Positions 1-9,220 of a DNA stretch of 64,000 nt are shown here, piece after piece. Origin of the DNA: Polyangiaceae bacterium. GTDB lineage: Bacteria > Myxococcota_A > Polyangia > Polyangiales > Polyangiaceae. Within the stretch, counting starts at the first letter, position 1, and every line of letters starts with the position of its first letter. The position numbers and the translations under genes were made by a program. Location of the stretch: the NCBI GenBank assembly GCA_965222375.1, contig CBDCTZ010000015.1, positions 64,001-128,000 on the forward strand. Reading direction: 5' to 3'. The notes under the pieces were generated by a model. That model did not search any database. It saw nothing but the letters and a program-made list of their open reading frames with translations, and was not told where the DNA came from.

Positions 1-246
1 GCTGAGTGTCAGGCCATCTATGGCTCTGCCGCGGACGACTGTTTCAACAGTCAGTCGAGTGAGAGCGTCTGCTACTGCAGCGGGCAGCCTTGCAGCAGCG
101 AGCCTCCGCCTCCACCGCCGCCTCCTTCGAGCGATGAGTGCGACACTACCCAGGAGTGCAAGGCGATCTACGGCAGCGCTGCGGACGATTGTTTCAACAG
201 TCAGTCGAGTGAGAGCGTCTGCTATTGCGGCGGTCAGCCTTGCAGC
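1..246 (+). repeat. 150-bp-period coding direct repeat (two copies of a Cys-rich module)
   Basis: TGTTTCAACAGTCAGTCGAGTGAGAGCGTCTGCTA at 40 and 190. Confidence 0.9.
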
Positions 247-369
247 GCGCCGCCACCACCGAATTCAACCTGGCGGGTTGGGTACAGCGCCGACGGCAAT
301 CAACACGACCCCGATGACTGGCATGCCTCACCCATGAGCCTGGCAGAGTTTCTTCGGCGGCTGAGATGA
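1..369 (+). pseudogene. 3' part of a Cys/Pro-rich repeat protein, apparently truncated at the start of a further domain
   Basis: Frame +1, not in the ORF track: AECQAIYGSAADDCFNSQSSESVCYCSGQPC (x2)...WRVGYSADGNQHDPDDWHASPMSLAEFLRRLR*, TGA at 367-369. The 5' end lies outside the window. Confidence 0.6.
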
Positions 370-457
370 TTACCTCAGGGAACGAACTGCCAGACCCTCG
401 CTTGTGTCGAGCAAGGGGTGCTCGCCCAACCATCACGTTTTGCACGAGGATATTGCC

Positions 458-1402
458 ATGAGCTGGAATCGAGTTTGCGGAGTAGGCGCAGTGGGTCTGT
501 TGGTGGTCGCTTGCGGCGGGGATGACGAAGGTAGTGGCGCAGGCGGCGCCGCCGGCAGCGCTGGAAGCGCCGGTGCGACGAGTGGCGGGACAGGAGGCGG
601 CAGCGCAGGAAACGCCGGCAGCGCCGGCAGCGGCGGCGGTGCTGCAGGTCGCAGTGGCAGTGCGGGCACGGGCGGGAGCGCTGGAAGCGGCGGTAGCGCC
701 GGCAGTGCGGGAAGCGGTGGCAGTGGCGGCTCGGCTGCGACCTGTGACTTCGAGATCGGGAGCAACGGCGTGCTCGTGATGGAGGCCGAGTCGCTCAAGC
801 TCTCTGGCAGCTGGCAAACGTCTCAGAAGGAAGCCGGCGCGTCCGGCGGCAAGTACGTCGAGTGGACCGGCTCCAGCTTGTTCAACTCGCCTGGTCAGGG
901 ACTCATCACGGTAAAGATCGGGATCGACCAACCCGACCGATACCGCCTGCAGTGGCGTAGTCGCATCGGGGCCGGCTCCGATCCAACCGAGCACAATGAC
1001 ACCTGGGTGCGCTTTCCCGACGCAGAGAGTTCCTACGGCGTGAAGGCGGTCAGCGGCGGAGAGACTCGACGCTACCCGAAGCCCAAGTGCAACGACTCGA
1101 CGTTCATGGCAAGCATCAACGCGCTGCCCAACGTGGTAGCAGCCACCTGCCCCAAAGGCTCTACCAGCGACAACTGGTTCAAGGTCTACTGCTCAGGGGC
1201 CACCAACTGGAAGTGGTCGACCCACACCAGCGACAGTGACGCTCACGACGTGTACGCGGTATTCAAAGCCGCGGGCACCTACACCCTGGAGCTGTCCGCC
1301 CGCTCGACGAAGCACCTGGTCGACCGCATCGTGCTGCACCGGGAAGGCGTCGCCGATAGCGTCGCGCGAGATGCCAAGCTCAGTGAGACGCCCTGCAATT
1401 GA
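458..1402 (+). CDS. Gly-rich-linker lipoprotein with C-terminal carbohydrate-binding-like beta-sandwich domain
   Basis: GAGGA SD; lipobox LVVAC; GGSAG linker; VLVMEAES...GASGGKYVEW...HNDTWVRFPD domain. Confidence 0.75.
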   Translation: MSWNRVCGVGAVGLLVVACGGDDEGSGAGGAAGSAGSAGATSGGTGGGSAGNAGSAGSGGGAAGRSGSAGTGGSAGSGGSAGSAGSGGSGGSAATCDFEIGSNGVLVMEAESLKLSGSWQTSQKEAGASGGKYVEWTGSSLFNSPGQGLITVKIGIDQPDRYRLQWRSRIGAGSDPTEHNDTWVRFPDAESSYGVKAVSGGETRRYPKPKCNDSTFMASINALPNVVAATCPKGSTSDNWFKVYCSGATNWKWSTHTSDSDAHDVYAVFKAAGTYTLELSARSTKHLVDRIVLHREGVADSVARDAKLSETPCN

Positions 1403-1640
1403 GCGGGGAAACGTCTCCTGAGGAATGCACATCCTCCATGACCAGGCAGTCCGCGTTGCGCTTCAAGGTCTATCGAGATTCTTCCCAGGGCACGCAACGA
1501 GCTTCGGCGGACGGTGCGTCGACCGCGAGTGCGGCGAGCGTGGTCACCCAGCTCGCCGTCATCCAAAGCTCATCCACCATTCCGTCATCACTCAGGCGGC
1601 GGACGTTCCCTTGGAGGCGGGGCACGCCCCTCGCGGCTCG

Positions 1641-1976
1641 CTACCGAGCGGCTGCGGTCTTCGGGACGGTGGGGCATCGGTACGCGGTGCCGTAGAGCCG
1701 GAGGGTCGTGCCGTCCTTTTCTTCCGACTCCATTCGCACATAGTTGGCCCCCAGGCTCGCCGCCGCGTTCCGAAGCTTGGCCTTTGCGGATTGGCGATTG
1801 ACACCAGATTCGACAAAGGCGGTATCCGAGCCCTGGACGTCGCGGATCTCTTCGCAATCCGCAGGGGGATCGGCCTTCATCAGCTTCACGCGCTGCCCGT
1901 CGGGAGTTGCGGTGACCGTGGGCAAGCAGCCGGCGAGCAGGACGACGAGCAGTGTGGCGGATTTGTACAGTTGCAT
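1641..1976 (-). CDS. DUF4156-like small lipoprotein
   Basis: Lipobox LLAGC; C..I..V.G, LRNAAASLGANYV and GTAYRC motifs; GAGG SD. Confidence 0.75.
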   Translation of the reverse strand: MQLYKSATLLVVLLAGCLPTVTATPDGQRVKLMKADPPADCEEIRDVQGSDTAFVESGVNRQSAKAKLRNAAASLGANYVRMESEEKDGTTLRLYGTAYRCPTVPKTAAAR

Positions 1977-2253
1977 GAGGACCTCGGTGTGTAAGCAGTT
2001 CACCCTGTTGAGCCCGCAACTCCGTTTACGTCGCAGCCAGCCATTCGCCGAACCGCGGCTTGTAATCGGGCATTGCCCGATTACGTGGTCCCTCGCGTGG
2101 TGCGCGAGCGACCTGGACACGCAGCTGCGACGCAGCATGCCGCGGTGCAGGAACTGGTAGTTCCCGTGGAAAGGCACATACTCCAGAAACACGTAATTTC
2201 TCAGCTCATGCCGCCGCGTAGTTCGTGGCACCTACCTTGCACACCAAGTCTAG

Positions 2254-2823
2254 ATGGCCTCCTTCACCACTAGCTCTGCCCAAACGAAACACGCGAAGTT
2301 TCTACTCTTATGGGTACTCGGGCTGGCGTTCGCCGCGTGTGGCGACAACAGCGACTCCAGTTCTGGACCCGGCACTGCAGGGACGTCAGGTGCAGCCGGA
2401 AGCGGTGGCGCTGGAGCCACGGCTGGGCAAGGTGGCAGCGCAGCGGCGGGCACGGGCGCAACGGCTGGCAACGCAGGAGCGGATGGGGGCACCGTCGATG
2501 GGTCGGCCGGAGACGCCGCCGTCATCCCGTCCGCAACCCACTATGCGTCACCCACGGGCAGTGCCACCAACTCTGGCCTCACGAAAGGTGATCCGTGGTC
2601 GCTGACTCACGCAGCCAAGACGGCCGCTGCCGGCGACGTCGTTTACGTCCAAGCCGGGCTCTATGCGGGAGTCAACTTGGTGCTCAGCAATAGCGGCACC
2701 GCAGGCAAGCCCATCACCTTCATCGGCTGTGATTCGTCCTTCAACCCCATCGTGAGCACAACCTGGAGCACCTACACCTATGGGGACGGTGCCAGCCCCT
2801 CCAAGACGGAGGCAACGACATGA
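2254..2823 (+). pseudogene. Gly-rich lipoprotein with only the N-terminal cap of a pectate-lyase-like beta-helix (DUF1565-like); probably truncated
   Basis: Lipobox FAAC; HYASPTGSATNSGLTKGDPWSL..AAAGDVVYVQAGLY...SGTAGKPITFIG, then a stop before any beta-helix body. Confidence 0.55.
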
Positions 2824-3130
2824 ACACCACCAAACGGAATCGCGATCCGTTTGGCCGAGCCAACTTCGCCAGGGCGTACCTGCTTCAGGCGGTCGCGTTG
2901 ACACTCGCGATCACTGGATCAGCTTGGCCGAGCTGGGCGCGATCAGGTGGGGCGAGCGTTGACACCGTGGAGCGACAGTTCTTCGCGGCACCTGCTGGCG
3001 CGCCGCGGCAGCGTTGCGCGAGTGCAAACTACACGGCGCCGCGCGATGTCCGATTCTATCGAGTGCGCTCGCCCACTTGTGCGACCAGAATTCCCCAGTC
3101 AAAAACACGTGATTCGAGGAGGATACGCAA

Positions 3131-3517
3131 ATGGGAACCCGTTTCTGGACGTTTTTGGTCATGTTTGGAATCGGCTGTTCAAGTGGCGGTGGAAGTGGCG
3201 GCAGTGGCGGCAACGCGGTACAGCAGTGCAGCGCGCTGCTGGACGTGACTTGCGACCGGATAACGGAGTGCGTCCCAGCCGAATACTCAGGCAAAGAGGC
3301 CTGTCTGGCGGACGCCCACACGACCATCGACTGTAACGCTGCCGTGTCTGTGGAGCCGAGCTACGATCTCTGCTTCGACCAGGTGCAGACTCGCCCCTGC
3401 TCAAGTCTGTTTCCTTCGGGGCCTCTAGAAATGCCGACGTCCTGTAGGGACGTCATCCTCGTCGACGGGCGGGGGAGCGGCGCCGGCGCCACTGACGAAA
3501 CCCGAGCCTCACGCTAG
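3131..3517 (+). CDS. small Cys-rich lipoprotein
   Basis: Lipobox GIGC, short Gly linker, 8 further Cys. Confidence 0.7.
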   Translation: MGTRFWTFLVMFGIGCSSGGGSGGSGGNAVQQCSALLDVTCDRITECVPAEYSGKEACLADAHTTIDCNAAVSVEPSYDLCFDQVQTRPCSSLFPSGPLEMPTSCRDVILVDGRGSGAGATDETRASR

Positions 3518-3598
3518 CACACCGTGGCGAAGAGGTCGCACATCACCACACCGCGCCGACCTGCACGCCGACGCCGGCGGTCAAGTAGCGCCAGCAAG

Positions 3599-4003
3599 TC
3601 AAAACCCCGAGCAGGGCGTGCAATTCGCCGCCACATCAATGAGGTAGCCGGTGTTGCCCGACGTTCGATAGTAGATCCAGGTCGCCGCCCCGAGATCCGG
3701 CGCACCGCCGGCACCTGCGCCGCCGGCACCGCCGCCAGCTCCCGTGCCCGCGCTACCACCTGTTCCCACGCCGGCACTGCCCCCCGTCGCCGCACCCGCA
3801 CCGCCACCGCTGGCTGCCCCTGCGCTACCGCCACCTGCCCCGGTCGCCCCGAAGCCTCCAAACCCCGCGCCTCCGCTGCCCGCCACAGCGCTGGAGCCAC
3901 CTAGGTTCCCCTCCGCCCGCGCTCCCCCCGCCAACACCACCCCGCTATTTCCGCTGCTGCCACACGCCATAGCGAGCAGCGCACCAGCCAAAGCCGCGCC
4001 CAA
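3599..4003 (-). pseudogene. Gly-rich lipoprotein fragment
   Basis: LLAMAC lipobox and Gly linker, then only about 30 aa of payload before the stop; start uncertain. Confidence 0.45.
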
Positions 4004-4215
4004 TTGGTGCTCAAGCGTGCCAAAGGCGCAAAACGCGCTCGAGGTCGGATCGCCAGACTGAAGAGGTTGGTGAAGTAGCTGGCGGTCCCAACCCCGGTCC
4101 GAGTAATGTCCGATTGTATCGAGTGCGGCGCGCGCATCAATGACTAGCCTTGTTCACAGTTTGGGTAGTCAGACCCCGGCGTCACCAAACGAACCGCAAA
4201 CCAATCGAGTTTCTC

Positions 4216-5571
4216 ATGTCACAGTTTCACGGCGGCTACATCATCATGCGAGCGGACCCCGACGTGGTCGAGCCAGTTCGGCGCGCCGCGAAGCGCTACT
4301 TGCGTCGCGCGGGGTGTGACCTCGAAGACCACCGGCTGACGTTTGCTGCGCGCGCCGGCTATTCAATCTTGCACGTGGCTGTGCGCGGCGGCGAAGCAGA
4401 TGGAAAGGGGTATTGCTTCTTTCATCGCGAGCATGCGGCCCTTGGCGGCCACTTGGCCAAGGCACTCCAAGAGCCTGTGTATGCCTATTCCTACGAGGAC
4501 CAAGTTGGCACGGAATCCGTAGCGCGCTTTGACGAACGCGGCAAGCAGCGCTCATCTTGCGAGATCGAATGGGACGACGTTGGGCATGTGGAGGGTGTCG
4601 ACTTCTTGTTGGCGCCGCTAGCTGATGAGCTAGGCGTACCATCTCGCGCGATTGAAATAGATCTCGCCTACGATACGCCGGTGCTGCAGGTTGCCCTAAA
4701 CAAGGTCCCCGCCGCGAAGCGAGTCGCGCGCTACTTCGCCAACCTCGCTCCAGCTGGTGATATCGGTTGCGAAAGCGCGGAGTCCACGCCCTTGTTCTTC
4801 CCGACAAACATGGCCGTTGAAATCCGCCAGCAGGCAAATCGGCTCGAGGTGCCGATGGGGACACTTGTATGGGCAGCGTGGGAACTGGCAAAGCAGGACA
4901 TTGTCGAGGACGCCGCATTTCCGATGGCTGCGCCGCCCGTGGAGCTGAGCATCCCGGAAGACGCCCCTCAGCCTCCGGATTTGGACTACAGCAAGGGTTC
5001 GAAAGTCGCTGTTCCCCTGTCCATCCCAGCACAGATTGGGGAGGAGCTGAGAACCGGCGCTGATGCGACCGACCGTTCGCTTTCCTGGTGCGCTCAAGCG
5101 GCCTGGCTCTATTCTCGCGGGCAGCTACTCAAAGCGACGCGAAGCTCAATCGCTCCACAGGTCGAGATGGTCCTCTACTTCGATGAGGCGATTCTGGAAG
5201 ACGCTAGCGAGTTGGCGGCGAACCTGAATGTCAGCATTGACCGACTGCTCTCATTGGGTTGGGACATCACCCGAGCCACGCTCATCAATGATGAGCCGCC
5301 AATCAATGATGTAGGTGATCCAGCTGAGCTCCTACGCTTTGAACCCGATACTCCAACGGACGTCAGCATTCCTACGACCGCCGAAGAGCTACCACCAGTC
5401 GACCTCGCACACGAGAAGTGCGCGCGGAGCGTCCTAATGTCAGGCCGCATGAAGGAAGAGTTGGCCTGCTGCGCGGCGCGAGCAGATACAAGTTTGTCGC
5501 GAATACTGGTTCGCTCGCTGGCGATGGCGCGATCTCGACTCGCCGCGAGCGAGCCGATGGTGCGCGAGTAG
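4216..5571 (+). CDS. protein with unknown N-terminal domain and four tandem CdbA-like (MXAN_4361/4362 family) ribbon-helix-helix domains
   Basis: PLFFPTNMAVEIRQQANRLEVPMGTLVWAAWELAK; LSIPAQIGEELRTGADATDRSLSWCAQAAWLYSR; LYFDEAILEDASELAANLNVSIDRLLSLGWDITR; LMSGRMKEELACCAARADTSLSRILVRSLAMAR. Confidence 0.7.
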   Translation: MSQFHGGYIIMRADPDVVEPVRRAAKRYLRRAGCDLEDHRLTFAARAGYSILHVAVRGGEADGKGYCFFHREHAALGGHLAKALQEPVYAYSYEDQVGTESVARFDERGKQRSSCEIEWDDVGHVEGVDFLLAPLADELGVPSRAIEIDLAYDTPVLQVALNKVPAAKRVARYFANLAPAGDIGCESAESTPLFFPTNMAVEIRQQANRLEVPMGTLVWAAWELAKQDIVEDAAFPMAAPPVELSIPEDAPQPPDLDYSKGSKVAVPLSIPAQIGEELRTGADATDRSLSWCAQAAWLYSRGQLLKATRSSIAPQVEMVLYFDEAILEDASELAANLNVSIDRLLSLGWDITRATLINDEPPINDVGDPAELLRFEPDTPTDVSIPTTAEELPPVDLAHEKCARSVLMSGRMKEELACCAARADTSLSRILVRSLAMARSRLAASEPMVRE

Positions 5572-5655
5572 TTCGTCCGATGCGGAATCGATGCTAGCCG
5601 ACTACGATCGCGGCTACGTCGAACCTTCGTACCCTCTCTCCCCTGAAAGACGTGC

Positions 5656-7323
5656 CTACGGAGGGCAGTGGTCCTTCGTGGTGAGGGAAACAGGTGAGCC
5701 AGACACGGATTCTGACGCAAAGATTGGACTCCTAGCCTGTACCGACCGAAGCAAGGTCTTTCCAGAAGTAGGCGACTGCGTGGAAAGCGAGAAGGGCTGA
5801 CCTGCGACGCGCAGGCAGTTGGGCGGCAGCGACGGTTTGTTGACCCGGAGTAGGTACTTGACCGTCGCGCATTGGAACGCTCCGCTGGACGTCTGGATGC
5901 AGTCACCAGTCTGAGGCAGCACACCCGAGGTGTATCGCTGGTTCCATTTTGGGGCGACGTGGGTCACGTCGTCGACGAAGCCCAACGCGGAGGTGCGCCG
6001 GCTGACTCCCACGACTCCATTTGGAGTCGGGTGAACCCGGTCCAGCAAGAACTGCGAAGAAAAGCCGCTTTGCTTTCCCGTTAACGGATCGAGCACCTTC
6101 AGTGCGGTCTTCTCGACGTAGTAGACCTTCGCATCGTGAATGGCCGCGTCCTTCCAATCTGGAATGGTCCAGCCCGTGCGGAGCGTGCCCGCTGAGGTCA
6201 GCTGCGCGAGGTAGCGGCTACTCCCCTTGAGCACCGCTAGAATATCTTTACCTGGTCCGCGCCCAACCTGCTCGACTCCGAAATTGACGCCGGCGCCAAT
6301 CGTCACGGTCTGAACCTCTTTCCCGAGGGTGGTGAGCTCAACGACCAGCGCGTTGCGAGCGGAGCTCTTCCCGTACCATCCACCGACAGTCAGGTTGCCG
6401 GCGGCATTGAGAGTTACGGCGGAGAGGGCAGCCTCCGTGGGATCGGTCGTTCGCGCCCACACGATCTTGCCTGCACCGTTCAAGCGCCACACGAAGCCAC
6501 GCCTGTTGAAAGCAGTAGTGCTTGCTCGATAGCCGACGGCGACGATGTCGCCCCCCGGTAGCTCCATGACGTCTTTGCATAGGACTTGATTCTTACTGCC
6601 CAGCTCGTACCAACGCGCCCAAACAACGACGTGATCCTGGGTCACCCGAATGAGGGTTGGGCTTCCATCGACGCTGCCGGCACACAGCAAGATATCCCCA
6701 CCGGACAGCTCAATCATTCGGGACATCGAACCTATGGCGATGCCTCCGCTACTGTTTGAGTACTCGGTCTGAAGCTCGTCCAGCCCGCTCGTCCCACCGC
6801 TGCCGCTCGAACCTCCACTTCCGCTCGAGCCTCCGCTGCCGCTCGAGCCTCCACTTCCGCTCGCTCCTCCACTTCCGCTCGCTCCTCCACTTCCGCTCGC
6901 TCCTCCACTTCCGCTCGCTCCTCCACTTCCGCTCGCTCCTCCGCTGCCGCTCGAACCTCCGCTGCCGCTCGAGCCTCCACTTCCGCTCGCTCCTCCGCTG
7001 CCGCTCGCTCCTCCGCTGCCGCTCGCTCCTCCGCTGCCGCTCGAACCTCCGCTGCCGCTCGAGCCTCCGCTACCGCTCGAGCCTCCACTTCCGCTCGCTC
7101 CCGCGCTACCGCTCGAGCCTCCACTTCCGCTCGCTCCCGCACTGCCGCTCGAGCCACCACTGCCGCTTGCGCCCCCAACAGCTGCCGACCCGCCTCCAGC
7201 CGCAGCGCCACCGAAGGCGCCCGTGCCCGTGCCACCGGTGGATGAGTCGCTTCCACACGCCTGGAGTGCCGGCAAAACGAAGAGAGTCGCGATAGCGAGA
7301 GAATTGATCTTGTGAGGTTTCAT
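5656..7323 (-). CDS. lipoprotein with long Gly/Ser linker and C-terminal beta-propeller-like domain
   Basis: MKPHKINSLAIATLFVLPALQAC lipobox; (GSGGxS)n; repeated 'ELxGGDIxxxG', 'VWAR' blades. Confidence 0.75.
   Translation of the reverse strand: MKPHKINSLAIATLFVLPALQACGSDSSTGGTGTGAFGGAAAGGGSAAVGGASGSGGSSGSAGASGSGGSSGSAGASGSGGSSGSGGSSGSGGSSGSGGASGSGGASGSGGASGSGGSSGSGGSSGSGGASGSGGASGSGGASGSGGASGSGGASGSGGSSGSGGSSGSGGSSGSGGTSGLDELQTEYSNSSGGIAIGSMSRMIELSGGDILLCAGSVDGSPTLIRVTQDHVVVWARWYELGSKNQVLCKDVMELPGGDIVAVGYRASTTAFNRRGFVWRLNGAGKIVWARTTDPTEAALSAVTLNAAGNLTVGGWYGKSSARNALVVELTTLGKEVQTVTIGAGVNFGVEQVGRGPGKDILAVLKGSSRYLAQLTSAGTLRTGWTIPDWKDAAIHDAKVYYVEKTALKVLDPLTGKQSGFSSQFLLDRVHPTPNGVVGVSRRTSALGFVDDVTHVAPKWNQRYTSGVLPQTGDCIQTSSGAFQCATVKYLLRVNKPSLPPNCLRVAGQPFSLSTQSPTSGKTLLRSVQARSPIFASESVSGSPVSLTTKDHCPP
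6788..7165 (-). repeat. 18-bp coding tandem repeat, about 21 copies (GSGG[SA]S)
   Basis: CCTCCACTTCCGCTCGCT-type units on the + strand. Confidence 0.9.
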
Positions 7324-7662
7324 GTGACGTCCGAACCTGGTAGCAGCCCGCTCAGACCAAAGCACTCGATAGAATCGGACATCGAGCCCAGCCGCGCGAC
7401 ACGCAAGACCCATGCATTGCCAGCCACGCCCAGTGCAACTCTCGCCACGCCTGGTCGTGCAACAGCGTGCGGCATGAAACGCTTCGCCTTCCACATGCCT
7501 GCGGGCATGCGGCTGATCGGCAAGCCGCCGCAAAAGGTAGGTCCTACCGCCTACTTCGCGCCCCGGGCAGAAGCCCTGGCTTGGCTCGGCGAACAGGCGC
7601 CAAGTGCTGCGGCCAGAGCCGTATCGTTGACGGGGCACAGGGATGCGCGACAATCCCGCGCG

Positions 7663-8691
7663 ATGAACCGGGCTTGGGTTGTTCTGCTGGGGCTGTGCGG
7701 GTGTGGTAGCCGCAGCCCCCTCGAGGCTGGGCTCGTGCTCGACGCGTCGCCTGCAACGGATGGACCGGCCGCCATGGACGCGCCGACCCTCACGGACGCC
7801 AGCCCGGAAGCCACGATTCCCAAAGAGTGCTACCGCCCGAACGTCACGGTGCTGGCAGCCGATGAAGGTTCGCCAACGGCGATCGCCGTCGATGCAACCC
7901 ATGTGTATTGGGCCACATCGGGTTCCGGCTGCAACGACGGATTGATTCGACGCATGCCCAAGGCCGGCGGCGCTATCGAAACCTTGGCGTCGAACCAACC
8001 CAACCCCCGCGCCCTCGATCTCGATCAGGACCACGTCTACTTCTATGACGCCTGCGGCAGTGGTCTGCTGCGCCGGGTGCCGAAACAAGGCGGGCCGGTG
8101 TTTGACTATCCGATTACGGTAGTCGACTCCGGACGCGCCATGGCCGTCGGCGGGCAGGACGTCTACTTCAGCGACTACGGCCTACTGCGCATTGCCAAGA
8201 GCGGCGGCAAACGACTCATGGTCGACAGCAGCGCCTACGTCTATGCCGTCGCGGCAGATGCGACCGGCGCCTACTGGATGGGGCCGGTGGGCGGAGGCGG
8301 GTCGACCTATGGCGTATTTGCCCACGCCCCGGGCAGCGTCGGCGCCACTGTGCTGGCGAATCCTGCAGGCGTGACGAATACCCTCGGCATCGATCAAGAC
8401 TACGTCTACTTCGGCAGCTCGCCCGGGATCCGGCGAGTCTCGAAGAAGGGCGGCGCAATCTCCACGGTCGCGACGGGATCCGTGTGGCGCCTCGCTGTCG
8501 ACGACAGCGCGGTGTATTGGACCGACGGATTCGGAGGCGCGGCCTACACGATCAACAAGGCGCCCAAAAGCGGTGGGCCGACAACGGTCGTCGCGACGGG
8601 TAGTGGCGCCTACGTGTCCATCGCCGTCGACGACCGCTGCGTCTACTGGGCGGATCTCTATGGCGGCGACATCCGTCGCGCTCCCAAGTGA
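7663..8691 (+). CDS. beta-propeller lipoprotein (YWTD/DUF5050-like repeats)
   Basis: Lipobox LCGC; repeated (I/L)AVDxxxVYW...IRRxPKxGG blades. Confidence 0.85.
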   Translation: MNRAWVVLLGLCGCGSRSPLEAGLVLDASPATDGPAAMDAPTLTDASPEATIPKECYRPNVTVLAADEGSPTAIAVDATHVYWATSGSGCNDGLIRRMPKAGGAIETLASNQPNPRALDLDQDHVYFYDACGSGLLRRVPKQGGPVFDYPITVVDSGRAMAVGGQDVYFSDYGLLRIAKSGGKRLMVDSSAYVYAVAADATGAYWMGPVGGGGSTYGVFAHAPGSVGATVLANPAGVTNTLGIDQDYVYFGSSPGIRRVSKKGGAISTVATGSVWRLAVDDSAVYWTDGFGGAAYTINKAPKSGGPTTVVATGSGAYVSIAVDDRCVYWADLYGGDIRRAPK

Positions 8692-8698
8692 GGGCGAT

Positions 8699-9205
8699 TT
8701 GCGTCGCGCTTGCCCACTCCTGCTCTTGCTCTTGCTCGCTGTCTTGCTCGCCTGCAAACCCGGGCGAAGCCGCAGCGGCAGCAAGATCAAACGCAAGACC
8801 TACGATGCGACCCAAGTTGCGGTGAACGCCAAGCACACCTGCCTGCTGCGCAAAGACGGCACCGCCAAATGCTTCGGGGCCGACGACACGCGCGACCCAC
8901 CCATGACGCCAACGCCAACCGTATCGCTGACCCGAATCGAGACCGGGCGGCGCTTCGCCTGCGGGATTCAGCGGGAGGATTCGACACTGACCTGTTGGGG
9001 CGACTGCACCGCGGCTTCACGCTGCACGGTTCCAGCCGGCAAGCGCCACAAGCTGCCCCCACTTCAGGGAAAGATCCTGGACCTGACCGTCGGAGACGAT
9101 CACGTGTGCGCGCTCTTCACCGGTAACAAGGTGAAGTGTGTCGGCAACGACCTTTATGGGCGCGTGACAGGGCGCTCGCTCATGATGGACGCGAGCTGGC
9201 CGTGA
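8699..9205 (+). CDS. short RCC1-like repeat lipoprotein
   Basis: VLLAC lipobox; HTCLLRKDGTAKCFG, FACGI...LTCWG, HVCAL..NKVKCVG; TTG start inferred. Confidence 0.7.
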   Translation: MRRACPLLLLLLLAVLLACKPGRSRSGSKIKRKTYDATQVAVNAKHTCLLRKDGTAKCFGADDTRDPPMTPTPTVSLTRIETGRRFACGIQREDSTLTCWGDCTAASRCTVPAGKRHKLPPLQGKILDLTVGDDHVCALFTGNKVKCVGNDLYGRVTGRSLMMDASWP

Positions 9206-9220
9206 GCCGGCCGCCACCCT

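Noticed and set aside
6788..7165. Non-coding satellite, or real ORFs in alternative frames (6657+, 6732-)
   Set aside because: Explained by the in-frame GSGGxS linker; the other frames are shadows of the repeat
7324..8088. 810-aa version of the 5656 ORF and 459-aa version of the 7312 ORF
   Set aside because: The extensions overlap each other on opposite strands; lipoprotein signals define starts at 7323 and 7663
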